Assembly: GCA_964530095.1 (NCBI GenBank)
Contig: CAZHAH010000002.1
Coordinates: 21,691-85,690 of the forward strand
Length of the DNA stretch: 64,000 bases
Source: an uncultured Desulfobacteraceae bacterium
GTDB lineage: Bacteria; Desulfobacterota; Desulfobacteria; Desulfobacterales; CAZHA01
Reading direction: 5' to 3'
Below, piece after piece: positions 54,761 through 64,000 of the stretch. A program made the position numbers and the translations under genes. Position 1 is the stretch's first letter; each line of letters begins with the position of its first letter. Under the pieces are notes generated by a model. That model saw only the letters and a program-made list of their open reading frames with translations, searched no databases and was not told the origin of the DNA.

Positions 54761-55276
54761 ATGATTAAGATCATCGGAATTGATCCGGGCCTGGCTTCAA
54801 CGGGGATCGGGATAGTCAGTGGAGACGGACGCAGAATTCCCCAGTTTTCTTTCGGATGCATCGCGACCTCAAAAAAAGATACCCTGCCTAAACGTCTGGA
54901 GCAGATCTTTTCAGAAATTCTTCTTACCTTGCAGGATCAAAAACCGAACCTCCTCGTGGTGGAAGATATCTTTTCCCTCAAGGCTTACCCAAAATCCGGA
55001 ATAAATCTAGGCAAAGTCACCGGAGTCATTCTTTTGGCCGGGTCAAAGATGGGCATACCGGTCGTTGAACTTCCGGTGCGGGAGGCTAAACTGATATTAA
55101 CCGGTAATGGCAACGCAACCAAAAACCAACTTGAAAAGGCGGTGCGTTTTTTGCTGGGCCTTAAAAAGCCGATTCGGCCTTACCATGCATCGGATGCCGT
55201 CGCCCTGGCCATCATCGGGATGTATCGATACCGTGAAAACACCGTGACAATGCGGCCGGCACAGATGAAAAGGTAA
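54761..55276 (+). CDS. ruvC: Holliday junction resolvase RuvC
   Basis: IIGIDPGLASTGIGIV...LVVEDIF...YHASDAVALAI. Confidence 0.9.
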   Translation: MIKIIGIDPGLASTGIGIVSGDGRRIPQFSFGCIATSKKDTLPKRLEQIFSEILLTLQDQKPNLLVVEDIFSLKAYPKSGINLGKVTGVILLAGSKMGIPVVELPVREAKLILTGNGNATKNQLEKAVRFLLGLKKPIRPYHASDAVALAIIGMYRYRENTVTMRPAQMKR

Positions 55277-55318
55277 AACCCTTGAGCATAATCAAAAGGT
55301 ATAACCAAGGGGAATAAG

Positions 55319-55939
55319 ATGATCGGTTATTTGGAAGGTCGGTTATTGAAAAAGGAAGGTGACAGGATACTCCTGCTTGCAAATCAGGTGGGGTATGAAG
55401 TGTTGCTACCGGCATTTATTATGGAAACGATCGGTGTCAAGCAAATAGGCGAAGAAATTACCCTATATATCTTTTGGCAACAAACCGAACGACAGCCCAA
55501 ACCGATCTTGATCGGGTTTAATCTAGATGCGGAAAGGGAATTTTTTCAACATTTTATCTCGGTTGAAGATGTCGGGCCCGTTAAGGCGGTGAAGGCATTA
55601 AGCATACCGATCCGGGAAATCGCCATTGCCATCGAAACCAAAGATGTTGCCAAGCTTCAACAGCTAAAAGGGATCGGACAACGAACCGCCCAAAAAATCG
55701 TCGCAACACTTGAAGGCAAAATGGACAAGTTTGCCTTGATACGCAAAGACGACCAGGTCGAGGTTCCGGAAATGAAAGATATTTCCCGGCCGGTAATGGA
55801 TGTACTCGTCAGCCAGCTGGGGCATAAAACCAAAGATGCCAATGCGATGATTGCGCGTGCCTTGCAATCTAATAAATCCATTCATACGGCCGAGGAATTA
55901 TTTGAAGAGGTATATCGAGGGGAGGCCGAGTCATGGTAA
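55319..55939 (+). CDS. ruvA: Holliday junction branch migration protein RuvA
   Basis: [10 protein letters not shown]...GYEVL; Hh[17 protein letters not shown]. Confidence 0.9.
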   Translation: MIGYLEGRLLKKEGDRILLLANQVGYEVLLPAFIMETIGVKQIGEEITLYIFWQQTERQPKPILIGFNLDAEREFFQHFISVEDVGPVKAVKALSIPIREIAIAIETKDVAKLQQLKGIGQRTAQKIVATLEGKMDKFALIRKDDQVEVPEMKDISRPVMDVLVSQLGHKTKDANAMIARALQSNKSIHTAEELFEEVYRGEAESW

Positions 55940-56967
55940 AAGAGAATAAGACCCTTGAAACCCATATCCTTAGCGGGGCCTGCCTTCCAACCGATGAATC
56001 AAGCGAAATACAGACACTGCGTCCACAGCGGCTATCTGAATACGTGGGACAGAATGAAGTGGTGGAAACCCTGAAAATTGCAATTGAAGCCGCCCAACAG
56101 CGAGAAGAACCCGTCGACCATGTCCTTTTTCACGGCCCGCCGGGTCTTGGGAAAACGACTTTAGCGCACATCATCGCCACCGAGATGGGGGGAGACCTGA
56201 CCATTACTTCGGGACCGGCCCTCGAGAAAGGCGGAGATTTGATCGGGATTCTGACCCATCTTGAAGAGGGGGATACATTTTTCATTGATGAGATTCATCG
56301 TATCCCCAAAGTGGTAGAAGAGTTTTTGTATTCGGCCATGGAGGATTTCGCCGTTGATTTTGTGTTTGACAAAGGCGTGCATGCGCGCAGCCATCGGTAT
56401 CGTCTAAACCGGTTTACACTAGTGGGTGCCACAACCCGCGTCGGTTTATTATCGGCGCCATTGCGGGACCGATTCGGTATTTTCAGAAGCCTTCATTTTT
56501 ATACGCATGCGGATTTGGTTAAAATTATTAAACGCTCCGCCAGCCTTCTGGAGGTATCGATTGATGAAGCAGGTGCTCATGAGCTGTCGCGCCGCAGTCG
56601 AGGAACGCCTAGAATCATCAACCGGCTTTTAAAAAGGGTCAGAGACTACGCGCAGGTCCGGGCTGAAGGCGCGATTACCCGGGAGACGGTTGAGGCGGGT
56701 CTGTCACTGGAAGGTGTTGATCAAATCGGATTGACAGATCTTGATCGACGATACTTAAAAACCATCATCGAATTTTATAAGGGTGGGCCGGTTGGGATTG
56801 AAGCGATCGCAGCCACTCTGCAAGAAGAGACCGATACTTTAGTCGATGTAATTGAACCTTACCTGTTGAATATCGGTCTGGTTACCCGAACGCCCGCCGG
56901 AAGAAAGGCCTCGGAAGCGGCCTATAAACATTTGGGTTTTAATTATCAAAAACGGATGTTTTTTTAA
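55933..56967 (+). CDS. ruvB: Holliday junction DNA helicase RuvB
   Basis: [35 protein letters not shown]...PLRDRFG. Confidence 0.95.
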   Translation: MVKENKTLETHILSGACLPTDESSEIQTLRPQRLSEYVGQNEVVETLKIAIEAAQQREEPVDHVLFHGPPGLGKTTLAHIIATEMGGDLTITSGPALEKGGDLIGILTHLEEGDTFFIDEIHRIPKVVEEFLYSAMEDFAVDFVFDKGVHARSHRYRLNRFTLVGATTRVGLLSAPLRDRFGIFRSLHFYTHADLVKIIKRSASLLEVSIDEAGAHELSRRSRGTPRIINRLLKRVRDYAQVRAEGAITRETVEAGLSLEGVDQIGLTDLDRRYLKTIIEFYKGGPVGIEAIAATLQEETDTLVDVIEPYLLNIGLVTRTPAGRKASEAAYKHLGFNYQKRMFF

Positions 56968-56982
56968 GAAGGCAGATGATTC

Positions 56983-57786
56983 ATGTCTGTGATTACACTA
57001 ACCACGGATTTCGGCGACACAGACGAATATGTCGGGGTTCTCAAGGGCGTTATACTGGGGATTAATCCTCAAGCACAAATTGTTGACATTACGCACCGAA
57101 TAGACCCTCAGGACCTTATTCAGGCTGCGGTTGTGGTTCAATCGGCATATGCGTATTTCCCTCCGGGAACGGTTCATGTTGTGGTGATTGATCCGGGAGT
57201 GGGGGGTGATCGATCGGTTTTGGCTATGCAACTCGGTGGACATACATTTTTAGCGCCCAACAATGGCGTCCTTTCCCGGGTTATGGAAACGGCGCAAATA
57301 GAGATCATTATCCAGGTTGAAAACAGAGAATTTTTTCTCCAACCGGTCAGCCGCACCTTCCATGGACGCGATATTTTCGCGCCGGTAGCAGCACATCTTT
57401 CCAAAGGGCTGAAAATCGAAAAGCTGGGTACGCGACCGAATGAGCACTATATTGAAACGCTTAAAATTCCGAAACCGGAAGCCTCCGACAGCAGGGTATT
57501 GACGGGAATAATTGTTTCGATAGACCGTTTTGGGAACCTGATTACGAACATTGATTTGAAGTGCTTGAATTCCTTCTGTAAGCGTGATAAGGAACAACCG
57601 GAATTCCGAATTGGCGGCTATCGCATTAAAGGTTTATCAAAGAATTATGCATCTGCCGGAACATCCGTTCCGGTGGCCCTGATCGGCAGTCGTGGCTATC
57701 TGGAAATAGCGGTCAACTGTGGAAGCGCCGGGGCCTTTTTTAAGGTCCAAAAAGGAGACCCCGTCATCGTCACCCTATCCGGTTGA
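56983..57786 (+). CDS. SAM hydroxide adenosyltransferase / SAM hydrolase (DUF62, chlorinase-fluorinase-like) family
   Basis: ITLTTDFGDTDEYVGVLKGVI, VVIDPGVG, TFHGRDIFAPVAAHL. Confidence 0.75.
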   Translation: MSVITLTTDFGDTDEYVGVLKGVILGINPQAQIVDITHRIDPQDLIQAAVVVQSAYAYFPPGTVHVVVIDPGVGGDRSVLAMQLGGHTFLAPNNGVLSRVMETAQIEIIIQVENREFFLQPVSRTFHGRDIFAPVAAHLSKGLKIEKLGTRPNEHYIETLKIPKPEASDSRVLTGIIVSIDRFGNLITNIDLKCLNSFCKRDKEQPEFRIGGYRIKGLSKNYASAGTSVPVALIGSRGYLEIAVNCGSAGAFFKVQKGDPVIVTLSG

Positions 57787-57868
57787 AGGATGATGACCGA
57801 GCATGGTTGTCAAACATTCCGTTTAACCGGTTTAGGCGGTTGAAAAAGACCGGGTTTCGTTGGTGGAT

Positions 57869-58954
57869 ATGAAACGATACAGCATACGGTTTCTTTTTGT
57901 TATAATACTTTTGGTTTCAGCCCAAGCGGAAGCATCTGCTACAAAAGGGCCTGATCCGAGTCTTCAGATGAATGTAATGCCGCTGTTGAACAAGGCGGCA
58001 CTTAAAAAAATCCCGGATGTATTGCTCGCTTTTGATCCGGGGGATAACATTGCGCACTCAATCGTGGTTGAAAAAAAGACCCAACAAATTATGCTTTATG
58101 CGTATGACGGAACGTTCGAAGAAGTATACCGCAAAAAATGTTCGACAGGTGAAGTCCCGGGTCGTAAAACACGGTCAGGGGACAAAAAAACACCCGAAGG
58201 TATTTATTTTTTTACAAAAGAATTTGTAAAAAAACAACTGACCCCTATATACGGAAGCCGTGCGTTCCCGATGGATTATCCAAACCTTCTAGATCAAAGG
58301 GCAAAAAGAAATGGATACGCCATTTGGATGCATGGCACCAACAAACCCATTGAACCGCGCGATACGAACGGCTGCGTCGCTCTAAAGAATGACGATATCG
58401 ACGCCTTCGCGAAATTAATTGTTTTAAACCGGACACCCATCGTTGTTACCGATGAAATTAAATACGTGGATGTTGGCATTCAAGAAAAGACCAAGGCGAC
58501 CCTTTTAAGATTTCTGACCCGATGGAAGGATTCCATCAAAGGTACCTACCGAGACAATCGGCAGTTTTACGATCAGAAATACTTTGCGGAAACCCCCTGG
58601 TGGACCTGGTATAAGCAAAAAAAACGGATGTTTGTTCTTAATCCCTCATTATCAATAGAACTAAAAAGAATATCAATCCTGAGACATAATAAAATCTATG
58701 TCGCGCTGTTTGATAAATTTATCAAATACCTGGATGCAGATATTTTTGTCGGTACCCAAAAACTGTTTATGGCTGAAACGGAGAACGAATTAAAAATTGT
58801 AGGAGAAGAATATCAGGCATTGTCTAGGGGCCTGAAGGCTTCTCGCTTAAAAGATCCTGTTAGGATTGCCTTTGAAACCTTGCGCAAGCGTCTGAAAACA
58901 AAACAAAAAGTTGCCTATGGGACCAAGGCCCGGCCCCAGCAGGGTGCTTTTTAA
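57869..58954 (+). CDS. L,D-transpeptidase (YkuD) domain protein with a long C-terminal extension
   Basis: Signal peptide. GDKKTPEGIYFF and YAIWMHGTN...TNGCVAL catalytic motif. ATG 57869. Confidence 0.75.
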   Translation: MKRYSIRFLFVIILLVSAQAEASATKGPDPSLQMNVMPLLNKAALKKIPDVLLAFDPGDNIAHSIVVEKKTQQIMLYAYDGTFEEVYRKKCSTGEVPGRKTRSGDKKTPEGIYFFTKEFVKKQLTPIYGSRAFPMDYPNLLDQRAKRNGYAIWMHGTNKPIEPRDTNGCVALKNDDIDAFAKLIVLNRTPIVVTDEIKYVDVGIQEKTKATLLRFLTRWKDSIKGTYRDNRQFYDQKYFAETPWWTWYKQKKRMFVLNPSLSIELKRISILRHNKIYVALFDKFIKYLDADIFVGTQKLFMAETENELKIVGEEYQALSRGLKASRLKDPVRIAFETLRKRLKTKQKVAYGTKARPQQGAF

Positions 58955-58976
58955 TTTGAAAAGAAAAAAAGGAAAC

Positions 58977-59864
58977 ATGGGAAAAAAATTGAAGCCGGCT
59001 GAGAGGAATCTTCAAGCATATCTGAGGCGATTTAGGCATTGGGATCTCCTCCTTATCCGAAGCGACGGCCAGACAATTCCATTGGGAGATCTAAAGATAT
59101 CGGTAGCGGTGGCTATTATCGTGTTAGCCGTAGCCGCAACGATAAGTATTGCATTCTTTATGCGCTATAAAGGCGTTATGAAGGAGAATACGACAATTCA
59201 AAAAGTGTTGAGTAGTTCACAAAATGAGTCTTTGACGCTTCGTAAGGAGAAGGAAGCACTCATGGTACGCCTGGTATTAGCCGAAGCCAAGCATCAGGAG
59301 TACAAAGCCGGCACCGGAAAGAAACTCCCCAAAGATGTTTTTGAAGCGTTGTCCCTAAAGAAGGACTCCCAGGCGAGTTCAGATCAAAAATCGGCTTTGA
59401 TTTCCGGAGATCTGAAAGGGCAGCCTGCAGCCTCAAAAACCGAGCCGAAACAAGAATCAAAAACTGAATCAAAAGCCGGGTCGATCGTGCCGGACAGATC
59501 CAAGCACGTCGATATTGATGAATTCACGATTGCGTATGACCAAAATTCAGGTATTGCAAAAGCGAAATTTAGAATCATTAAAATCGACCGAGAAGCTACA
59601 AATGCATCCGGGTATGCGTTTGTGGTGCTCAAACCGAACGATGTGCTCCAAAGCGAATGGGTTGCAATGCCAGTCAGCGAATTGGTAGACGGCCGGCCGG
59701 TGCAGATAAAGAAGGGCCTTTCTTTTTCAATATCACGATACAAGACGATGCGGTTTAAAAAATCAATTGTTGGTGAGTTCAAGCGCTTCAAGGTTGCGAC
59801 TGTGTTTGTGTTTGATAAGACAGGCCAAACACTGATAGAAAGGGATGTTTCGATAAACAGGTAA
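58977..59864 (+). CDS. Hypothetical single-pass membrane protein (coiled-coil, low-complexity Ser/Lys linker, beta-rich C-domain)
   Basis: ATG 58977 after AAAGGAAAC. TM ISVAVAIIVLAVAATISIAFF. No recognisable motif. Confidence 0.5.
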   Translation: MGKKLKPAERNLQAYLRRFRHWDLLLIRSDGQTIPLGDLKISVAVAIIVLAVAATISIAFFMRYKGVMKENTTIQKVLSSSQNESLTLRKEKEALMVRLVLAEAKHQEYKAGTGKKLPKDVFEALSLKKDSQASSDQKSALISGDLKGQPAASKTEPKQESKTESKAGSIVPDRSKHVDIDEFTIAYDQNSGIAKAKFRIIKIDREATNASGYAFVVLKPNDVLQSEWVAMPVSELVDGRPVQIKKGLSFSISRYKTMRFKKSIVGEFKRFKVATVFVFDKTGQTLIERDVSINR

Positions 59865-59926
59865 TCGGGAAAGAATTTCGTACATATTACATTCTAATAT
59901 TCCCGATAAATGGAAACTGGAGGTGA

Positions 59927-60364
59927 ATGATGCCAAAGAACCCGAAAAGCGTTTCCATCATTGATGAAGGGCTTAAGATCGAAGGAACGATTTCATGTGA
60001 TGGCAAGCTGATTATCAAAGGCATACTGGAAGGAACTCTATTGGGCGATGAGGTGATTATCGCCAAAGAGGGAGTCGTGGCAGCAGATGCCAGGGTAAAA
60101 CGTATCGCTATCAATGGAATTTTTAAAGGGGAAGTCAACGCCACAGATGAATTGGCGATCCTGGCAAATGGGAACTGCGCCGGGAAAGTTGTTTGCAAAG
60201 ATCTGATTATCGAATCCGGCGGAGTCCTGAATGCCGAAGTGGTCTACATGACAGTTGAAGATGTCAAACCTGAACCTGATTTTGCATCGCCTCCAGAAGA
60301 AGAGCCGATATCCAAAGCAAGCTATAGCCCGATTATTAATCTTTTAGGTCCTAACGGAAATTAG
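59927..60364 (+). CDS. Bactofilin (DUF583) cytoskeletal protein
   Basis: GGAGGTG RBS. Beta-helix repeats IEGTISCDGKLIIKGILEGTLLGDEVIIAKEGVV...INGIFKGEV...GNCAGKVVCKDLIIESGGVLNAEV. Ends in TAG. Confidence 0.85.
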   Translation: MMPKNPKSVSIIDEGLKIEGTISCDGKLIIKGILEGTLLGDEVIIAKEGVVAADARVKRIAINGIFKGEVNATDELAILANGNCAGKVVCKDLIIESGGVLNAEVVYMTVEDVKPEPDFASPPEEEPISKASYSPIINLLGPNGN

Positions 60365-60478
60365 CCGCAGCCCCACAGAATAAGAACAAAAACCCTTTGT
60401 GCAGGCGAATCGATTTCTGGCGTCATTTACAAATATCAGGCAACTGTTAAACAAAATAATGCATGGCTGATTTTTCAC

Positions 60479-60508
60479 TTGACATGGAATAAGAATTTAA
60501 TTAATACT
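60479..60508 (+). promoter_or_regulatory. Candidate sigma70-type promoter for rplM-rpsI
   Basis: Perfect TTGACA at 60479-60484. Weak -10 candidates TAATAC/AATACT lie 17-18 nt downstream. Confidence 0.3.
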
Positions 60509-60539
60509 TCCCGATTCATTTTAACAGGAGCCTGAGAAC

Positions 60540-60977
60540 TTGAAAAAATACACTTATTTTGCAAAACATTCGGATATCCAAAGCAAGTGGTGGGTGGTCG
60601 ACGCCAACGGAGCAATCCTCGGCAGGCTTGCAAGTATGATCGCCTCGCGGCTAAGAGGCAAACACAATCCTCTGTTTACCCCGCATATCGATAGCGGGGA
60701 TCATGTTATCGTCATTAATGCCGAAAAGATTGCCCTAACGGGGAAAAAATTTGAACAAAAACAATACCACCGACACAGTGGTTACATTGGGGGCTTAAAG
60801 TCAATAACGGCCAGAAAACTACTCGAAAAAAAACCGGAAGACCTGATTCGTTTTGCGGTAAAAGGGATGCTTCCCAAAAACAGGCTGGGGAGGAGTCTTT
60901 TTAAAAAATTAAAAGTTTACAGTGGAACCAAGCATCCGCATGAAGCTCAGAAACCAGAGGTTATAGAAGTGTCATAA
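60540..60977 (+). CDS. rplM: 50S ribosomal protein L13
   Basis: TTG start 9 nt after [21 protein letters not shown]...[24 protein letters not shown]. Confidence 0.95.
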   Translation: MKKYTYFAKHSDIQSKWWVVDANGAILGRLASMIASRLRGKHNPLFTPHIDSGDHVIVINAEKIALTGKKFEQKQYHRHSGYIGGLKSITARKLLEKKPEDLIRFAVKGMLPKNRLGRSLFKKLKVYSGTKHPHEAQKPEVIEVS

Positions 60978-61019
60978 AGACCAGCGTATGCGAAGCCGGT
61001 CAAGTTGAGGGAGATATAT

Positions 61020-61415
61020 ATGGCGAAAAATAGTATTTACTACGCAACCGGAAAAAGAAAGAACGCCACAGCCCGGACGTGGCTCACGCCAGGCAAGGGC
61101 GAAGTCATTGTGAACGATCGGGCGCTGGAAGACTATTTCGATATTGAAAGCCTAAGGGCAACCATAACCCAGCCTTTTGTGCTGACCAATACTCTTGGGA
61201 CATTCGATGTAAAAGTCAATGTGCTGGGAGGCGGTATTCACGGGCAAGCCGGTGCCATTCGACACGGCATTACCGGTGCGTTGATAAAAGTAAATCCGGA
61301 ACTTCGCCAGGTGCTTAAAAAGGCCGGTTTTGTGCGGCGTGATCCCCGCCGAAAAGAAAGAAAAAAGTATGGGCAGAAAGGGGCTCGGGCGCGGTTTCAG
61401 TTTTCAAAACGATAA
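61020..61415 (+). CDS. rpsI: 30S ribosomal protein S9
   Basis: [16 protein letters not shown]...[19 protein letters not shown]...[16 protein letters not shown]...[10 protein letters not shown]. Confidence 0.95.
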   Translation: MAKNSIYYATGKRKNATARTWLTPGKGEVIVNDRALEDYFDIESLRATITQPFVLTNTLGTFDVKVNVLGGGIHGQAGAIRHGITGALIKVNPELRQVLKKAGFVRRDPRRKERKKYGQKGARARFQFSKR

Positions 61416-61443
61416 AATATATTTTATCTTTTTCATTAAAAAA

Positions 61444-61474
61444 GGGGGGTAGGCTTAGCTATCCCCCTTTTTTT
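61444..61474. terminator. Bidirectional rho-independent terminator between rpsI (+) and the ParM-like gene (-)
   Basis: A6-GGGGGGTAG-gcttag-CTATCCCCC-T7. 9-bp stem including one G-U pair. Confidence 0.8.
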
Positions 61475-61489
61475 ATGGATGGACACGAA

Positions 61490-62509
61490 TTAAGACTCAG
61501 GGCTCTGCCACAGATGCTGGCCGTATTTAAAGTATCCTCGAACGTTGTTTAATCGGGTGTCAATTTTACCGCGCATGGGGATCATGTTCCCGATAATCAG
61601 CGGCATAAGATACTGGGCCAAGACCGTGCTTCCGCCGCCGGTAAAGAGTATTTTATCTATGTCCCAATCTTCGGCCCACAGCCGTTCAATCTCGCTTGCA
61701 ATAATCTCCGCCAGACGGGCGTACACCTGGTCACGAATGCTGGAGAAATTATATTCCTGGCCTTTAATTTTAATGGATCCGGATTCAGCGGCTTTGTACA
61801 TCCGGTAAAGTTCGACATTCGTGTTGCTTCTTTCACGCAGCTTATTGGAGATGATGCTGAAAGCCTTGGAAATCCCGGTATCCAACGTCCGGCTCCCCCG
61901 GTCAATATACTGTAAGTTGTCCAAAATGGTAATGTCGGTGGTTCGGAAACCAATGTCGATCACGCCGACTTTCTTTTTCGCCAAATCCTGATCAATTAGG
62001 TTGCCGTCGTCATTTAAGACCACATTGAGCGCACTACCGATGGGTTGCGGAAGCATACAGATTTTGTCAATTGTAATCAGTCTGCGTACGGTTTGTCCAT
62101 CCGGTTGCGTAAAAATGATTTCATGTTTTCCCTTTAATATCTCCGTGAAAGCATTTTTCTTTTCCTTAAAGTAGATAATGGGTAGCCCTGAAACCAAATT
62201 GATCGGTTCGTTTTCGGTTCCCATGTACCCGGCTGCCGTTAAAGCCAGAACCTTAACAAAATCCGAAATTAATTTGTCCTGATCTAAAGTAAAGTGCCGG
62301 ACATTCGATTGGTTCTCTGCTAGATCGCCGACAAAATACGTTTTTCCATCAATGGTGACGTGGAAATATTCAGTTGGCGAAACCTCATTGAAGTCTGACC
62401 AGAAATGCAGGCCGGTCGCATCTCCTAAAAGCGATTTGAAAATTAGGGGATCTTTGTAACCGGCCACCTTCGTAAAACCAAACCCAATATCTATACCTAA
62501 GACTTCCAC
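61490..62509 (-). CDS. ParM/StbA-type actin-like ATPase (chromosomal, orphan)
   Basis: Phosphate-1 GIDIGFGFTKV, phosphate-2 GVIDIGFRTTDITI, adenosine ILFTGGGSTVLAQ. Confidence 0.7.
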   Translation of the reverse strand: MEVLGIDIGFGFTKVAGYKDPLIFKSLLGDATGLHFWSDFNEVSPTEYFHVTIDGKTYFVGDLAENQSNVRHFTLDQDKLISDFVKVLALTAAGYMGTENEPINLVSGLPIIYFKEKKNAFTEILKGKHEIIFTQPDGQTVRRLITIDKICMLPQPIGSALNVVLNDDGNLIDQDLAKKKVGVIDIGFRTTDITILDNLQYIDRGSRTLDTGISKAFSIISNKLRERSNTNVELYRMYKAAESGSIKIKGQEYNFSSIRDQVYARLAEIIASEIERLWAEDWDIDKILFTGGGSTVLAQYLMPLIIGNMIPMRGKIDTRLNNVRGYFKYGQHLWQSPES

Positions 62510-62681
62510 GTTATCCTCCTGTCCCTAAATGGTTGGGTTAAACCTCAGCTTTCGCATAATTGAGGTTAAAGCGTTTTTCAATACATATTTGCGCAAAGAG
62601 AGGGAAAAATTAAAAGGGGTCTGCAAGATTGTCATTCCATGCATTGTTGCTTCGCTTTGTTTAAGCTCCTTTACGAGGGTT

Positions 62682-63023
62682 TCAGAGATGAGATAGATAA
62701 ATGACCCGCACTTTGGCTGGTTTTTCGAATGCGACGATATCCGAGAGCCTGTCTGTGATTTCGGTCAAATCGCTTTTACCAAATCTCAGCATTTCATTGA
62801 TAATAATCTTAAGCTTGTCGGGATTGCTCCCTTCAACAAGGATGAATTCATCTTCGCTGGGTTTGCTATTCAGGATGGCGACTTGTTTGGATTTGGGATG
62901 ATAAAACAAATAAATGGGATGAGCAGATAACGTTTTGGTTACAAAATCATACTCTTGGGATTTTAATCCATCTAATATCAAGGTCTTTAGGTTTGAGTTT
63001 TTATCAAGCGTTAAGCGCTCCAT
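62682..63023 (-). CDS. Hypothetical 113-aa protein upstream of the ParM-like gene
   Basis: Clean ORF. No motif recognised. Confidence 0.45.
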   Translation of the reverse strand: MERLTLDKNSNLKTLILDGLKSQEYDFVTKTLSAHPIYLFYHPKSKQVAILNSKPSEDEFILVEGSNPDKLKIIINEMLRFGKSDLTEITDRLSDIVAFEKPAKVRVIYLSHL

Positions 63024-63406
63024 ACGATCCGAATCTCTTTAAACAATATGTGAAAAAATGCCAAATACAATTGTGCTGACCAAAACCGTCTTTGAATAAG
63101 TATCGATCTTATCAAAAAAAAATATCCGACACAAGAAACTTCGCATCACTTTCGCGGTAACATCAAAGTTAACCGTAAGATAGAAGAGGTTTGCTTTCGC
63201 GGATACGCCATTGAAATCCCAAATTACAATACTCAAATTCCAAACAATATCAAAAAACCAAATTTCAATAACCTGCCTGGTCCATTCCGAACCTTGTAAA
63301 ACACGAAATTTCTTGGTAAGTAATACCAAAGAGGTGCCCGCCTCACGTAGGCGCGTCCATCTCATCAGGAATCAAGCAAAACCCAGCGCGATGTAATTTG
63401 GCAATC

Positions 63407-64000
63407 ATGACTGTGCTTGAAAATCTCGACCTTACGACCAATATTGGACGTTTGCCGATTCAAAACCCTGTTTTAACTGCCTCGGGCACATTTGGCTATG
63501 GCCAGGAGTTTGAGCCATTGGTCGAACTTGACCGTCTTGGGGCGATCATCGTCAAAGGGATTTCATTAGAGGCGTCAAAAGGGAATCCACCGCCTCGAAT
63601 TGTTGAAACGGCCTGTGGAATGCTCAATGCAATCGGTCTGGAAAATGTGGGCATCGAAGTCTTTGAAAAGGAAAAACTCCCCTTTTTGAAATCGCTAAAA
63701 GTACCGATTTTGGCCAATATCTATGGAAAGACGATCGAAGAATATGCAGACCTGGCCGCGCGCCTTGATGGTATCGACGGGATTGCTGGAATTGAAGTGA
63801 ATATTTCATGCCCCAACGTTAAGGCCGGTGGAATCGTATTTGGCGTGAATCCTCAAGCCGCTTTTGATGTGGTTGCGGCAACAAGGCGCCAGACTCAAAA
63901 ACCATTAATGGTCAAACTTTCGCCGAATGTTACCAGTATTACCGAAATCGCCGCAAAGGTGACTGAAGCCGGAGCCGATTCAATCTCGCTCATTAACACC
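63407..64000 (+). CDS. pyrD: Dihydroorotate dehydrogenase catalytic subunit (class 1), 5' part; continues past the right edge
   Basis: Own translation from ATG 63407: MTVLENLDLTTNIGRLPIQNPVLTASGTFGYGQEF...GMLNAIGLENVG...GIEVNISCPNVKAGG...LMVKLSPNV...SLINT. Open for 198 codons to the window end. Confidence 0.85.
   Translation, partial: MTVLENLDLTTNIGRLPIQNPVLTASGTFGYGQEFEPLVELDRLGAIIVKGISLEASKGNPPPRIVETACGMLNAIGLENVGIEVFEKEKLPFLKSLKVPILANIYGKTIEEYADLAARLDGIDGIAGIEVNISCPNVKAGGIVFGVNPQAAFDVVAATRRQTQKPLMVKLSPNVTSITEIAAKVTEAGADSISLINT

Noticed and set aside
63039-63365. 108-aa minus-strand ORF in the AT-rich region upstream of the 113-aa gene
   Set aside because: It has an odd Trp/Phe/Ile-rich composition, no RBS that I can see, and it overlaps the iterated CAAAT motifs and the probable divergent promoter region of pyrD. 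Coding cannot be excluded but is not supported.

Overview
64-kb chromosomal window. The gene content (amber-containing mttB, a soluble TfrAB-like and a membrane type-B SdhCAB succinate/fumarate oxidoreductase, tol-pal, many osmolyte-type transporters) suggests an anaerobic Desulfobacterales-like deltaproteobacterium; this is inference only. Layout: (1) 0-3.4 kb holds small housekeeping-type genes. (2) 3.3-8.0 kb is a decayed accessory patch with remnants of at least five unrelated genes between two 91-nt direct repeats, plus a ParB-HTH-DNA methyltransferase fusion and a 5'-truncated AbiEii toxin gene. (3) 8.2-13.6 kb (+ strand) holds an Ehu-like ABC importer, an extra binding protein and an M24 hydrolase. 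(4) 13.7-39.1 kb is one uninterrupted run of about 24 minus-strand genes. It combines an mttB with an in-frame TAG at the known pyrrolysine position, a non-Pyl MttB paralogue, a UroD-family protein, three more DoeA/creatinase-like M24 hydrolases, an M20 amidohydrolase, two maleate-isomerase/EutA-like genes flanking a TfrAB-like flavo-FeS-CCG oxidoreductase, EutB-like dehydratase genes (one frameshifted, two relics), a TeaABCD-like TRAP system with a second orphan binding protein, and an IclR / PanB-like / unknown / aminotransferase module. (5) 39.4-45.7 kb holds a dehydrogenase, LysE exporters, FAH, a PfkB kinase and an amidohydrolase. (6) 45.7-49.1 kb is sdhCAB. (7) 49.5-57.0 kb is tolQRAB-pal-cpoB and ruvCAB. 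(8) 57-64 kb holds a SAM-hydrolase-like gene, an L,D-transpeptidase / membrane protein / bactofilin module, rplM-rpsI, a ParM-like actin gene and the start of pyrD. Best candidate for an undescribed system: the 25-kb minus-strand supercluster, read as an anaerobic variant of ectoine/hydroxyectoine-type osmolyte catabolism coupled to methylamine demethylation. Its TfrAB-like core sits between two isomerase-like genes. Several repeat families (GTTCA octamer arrays, a 66-nt element, a 144-nt palindrome) are not explained by coding features. No rRNA, tRNA or CRISPR array was seen by eye. All family calls rest on motif recognition and hand alignment; no database search was run.
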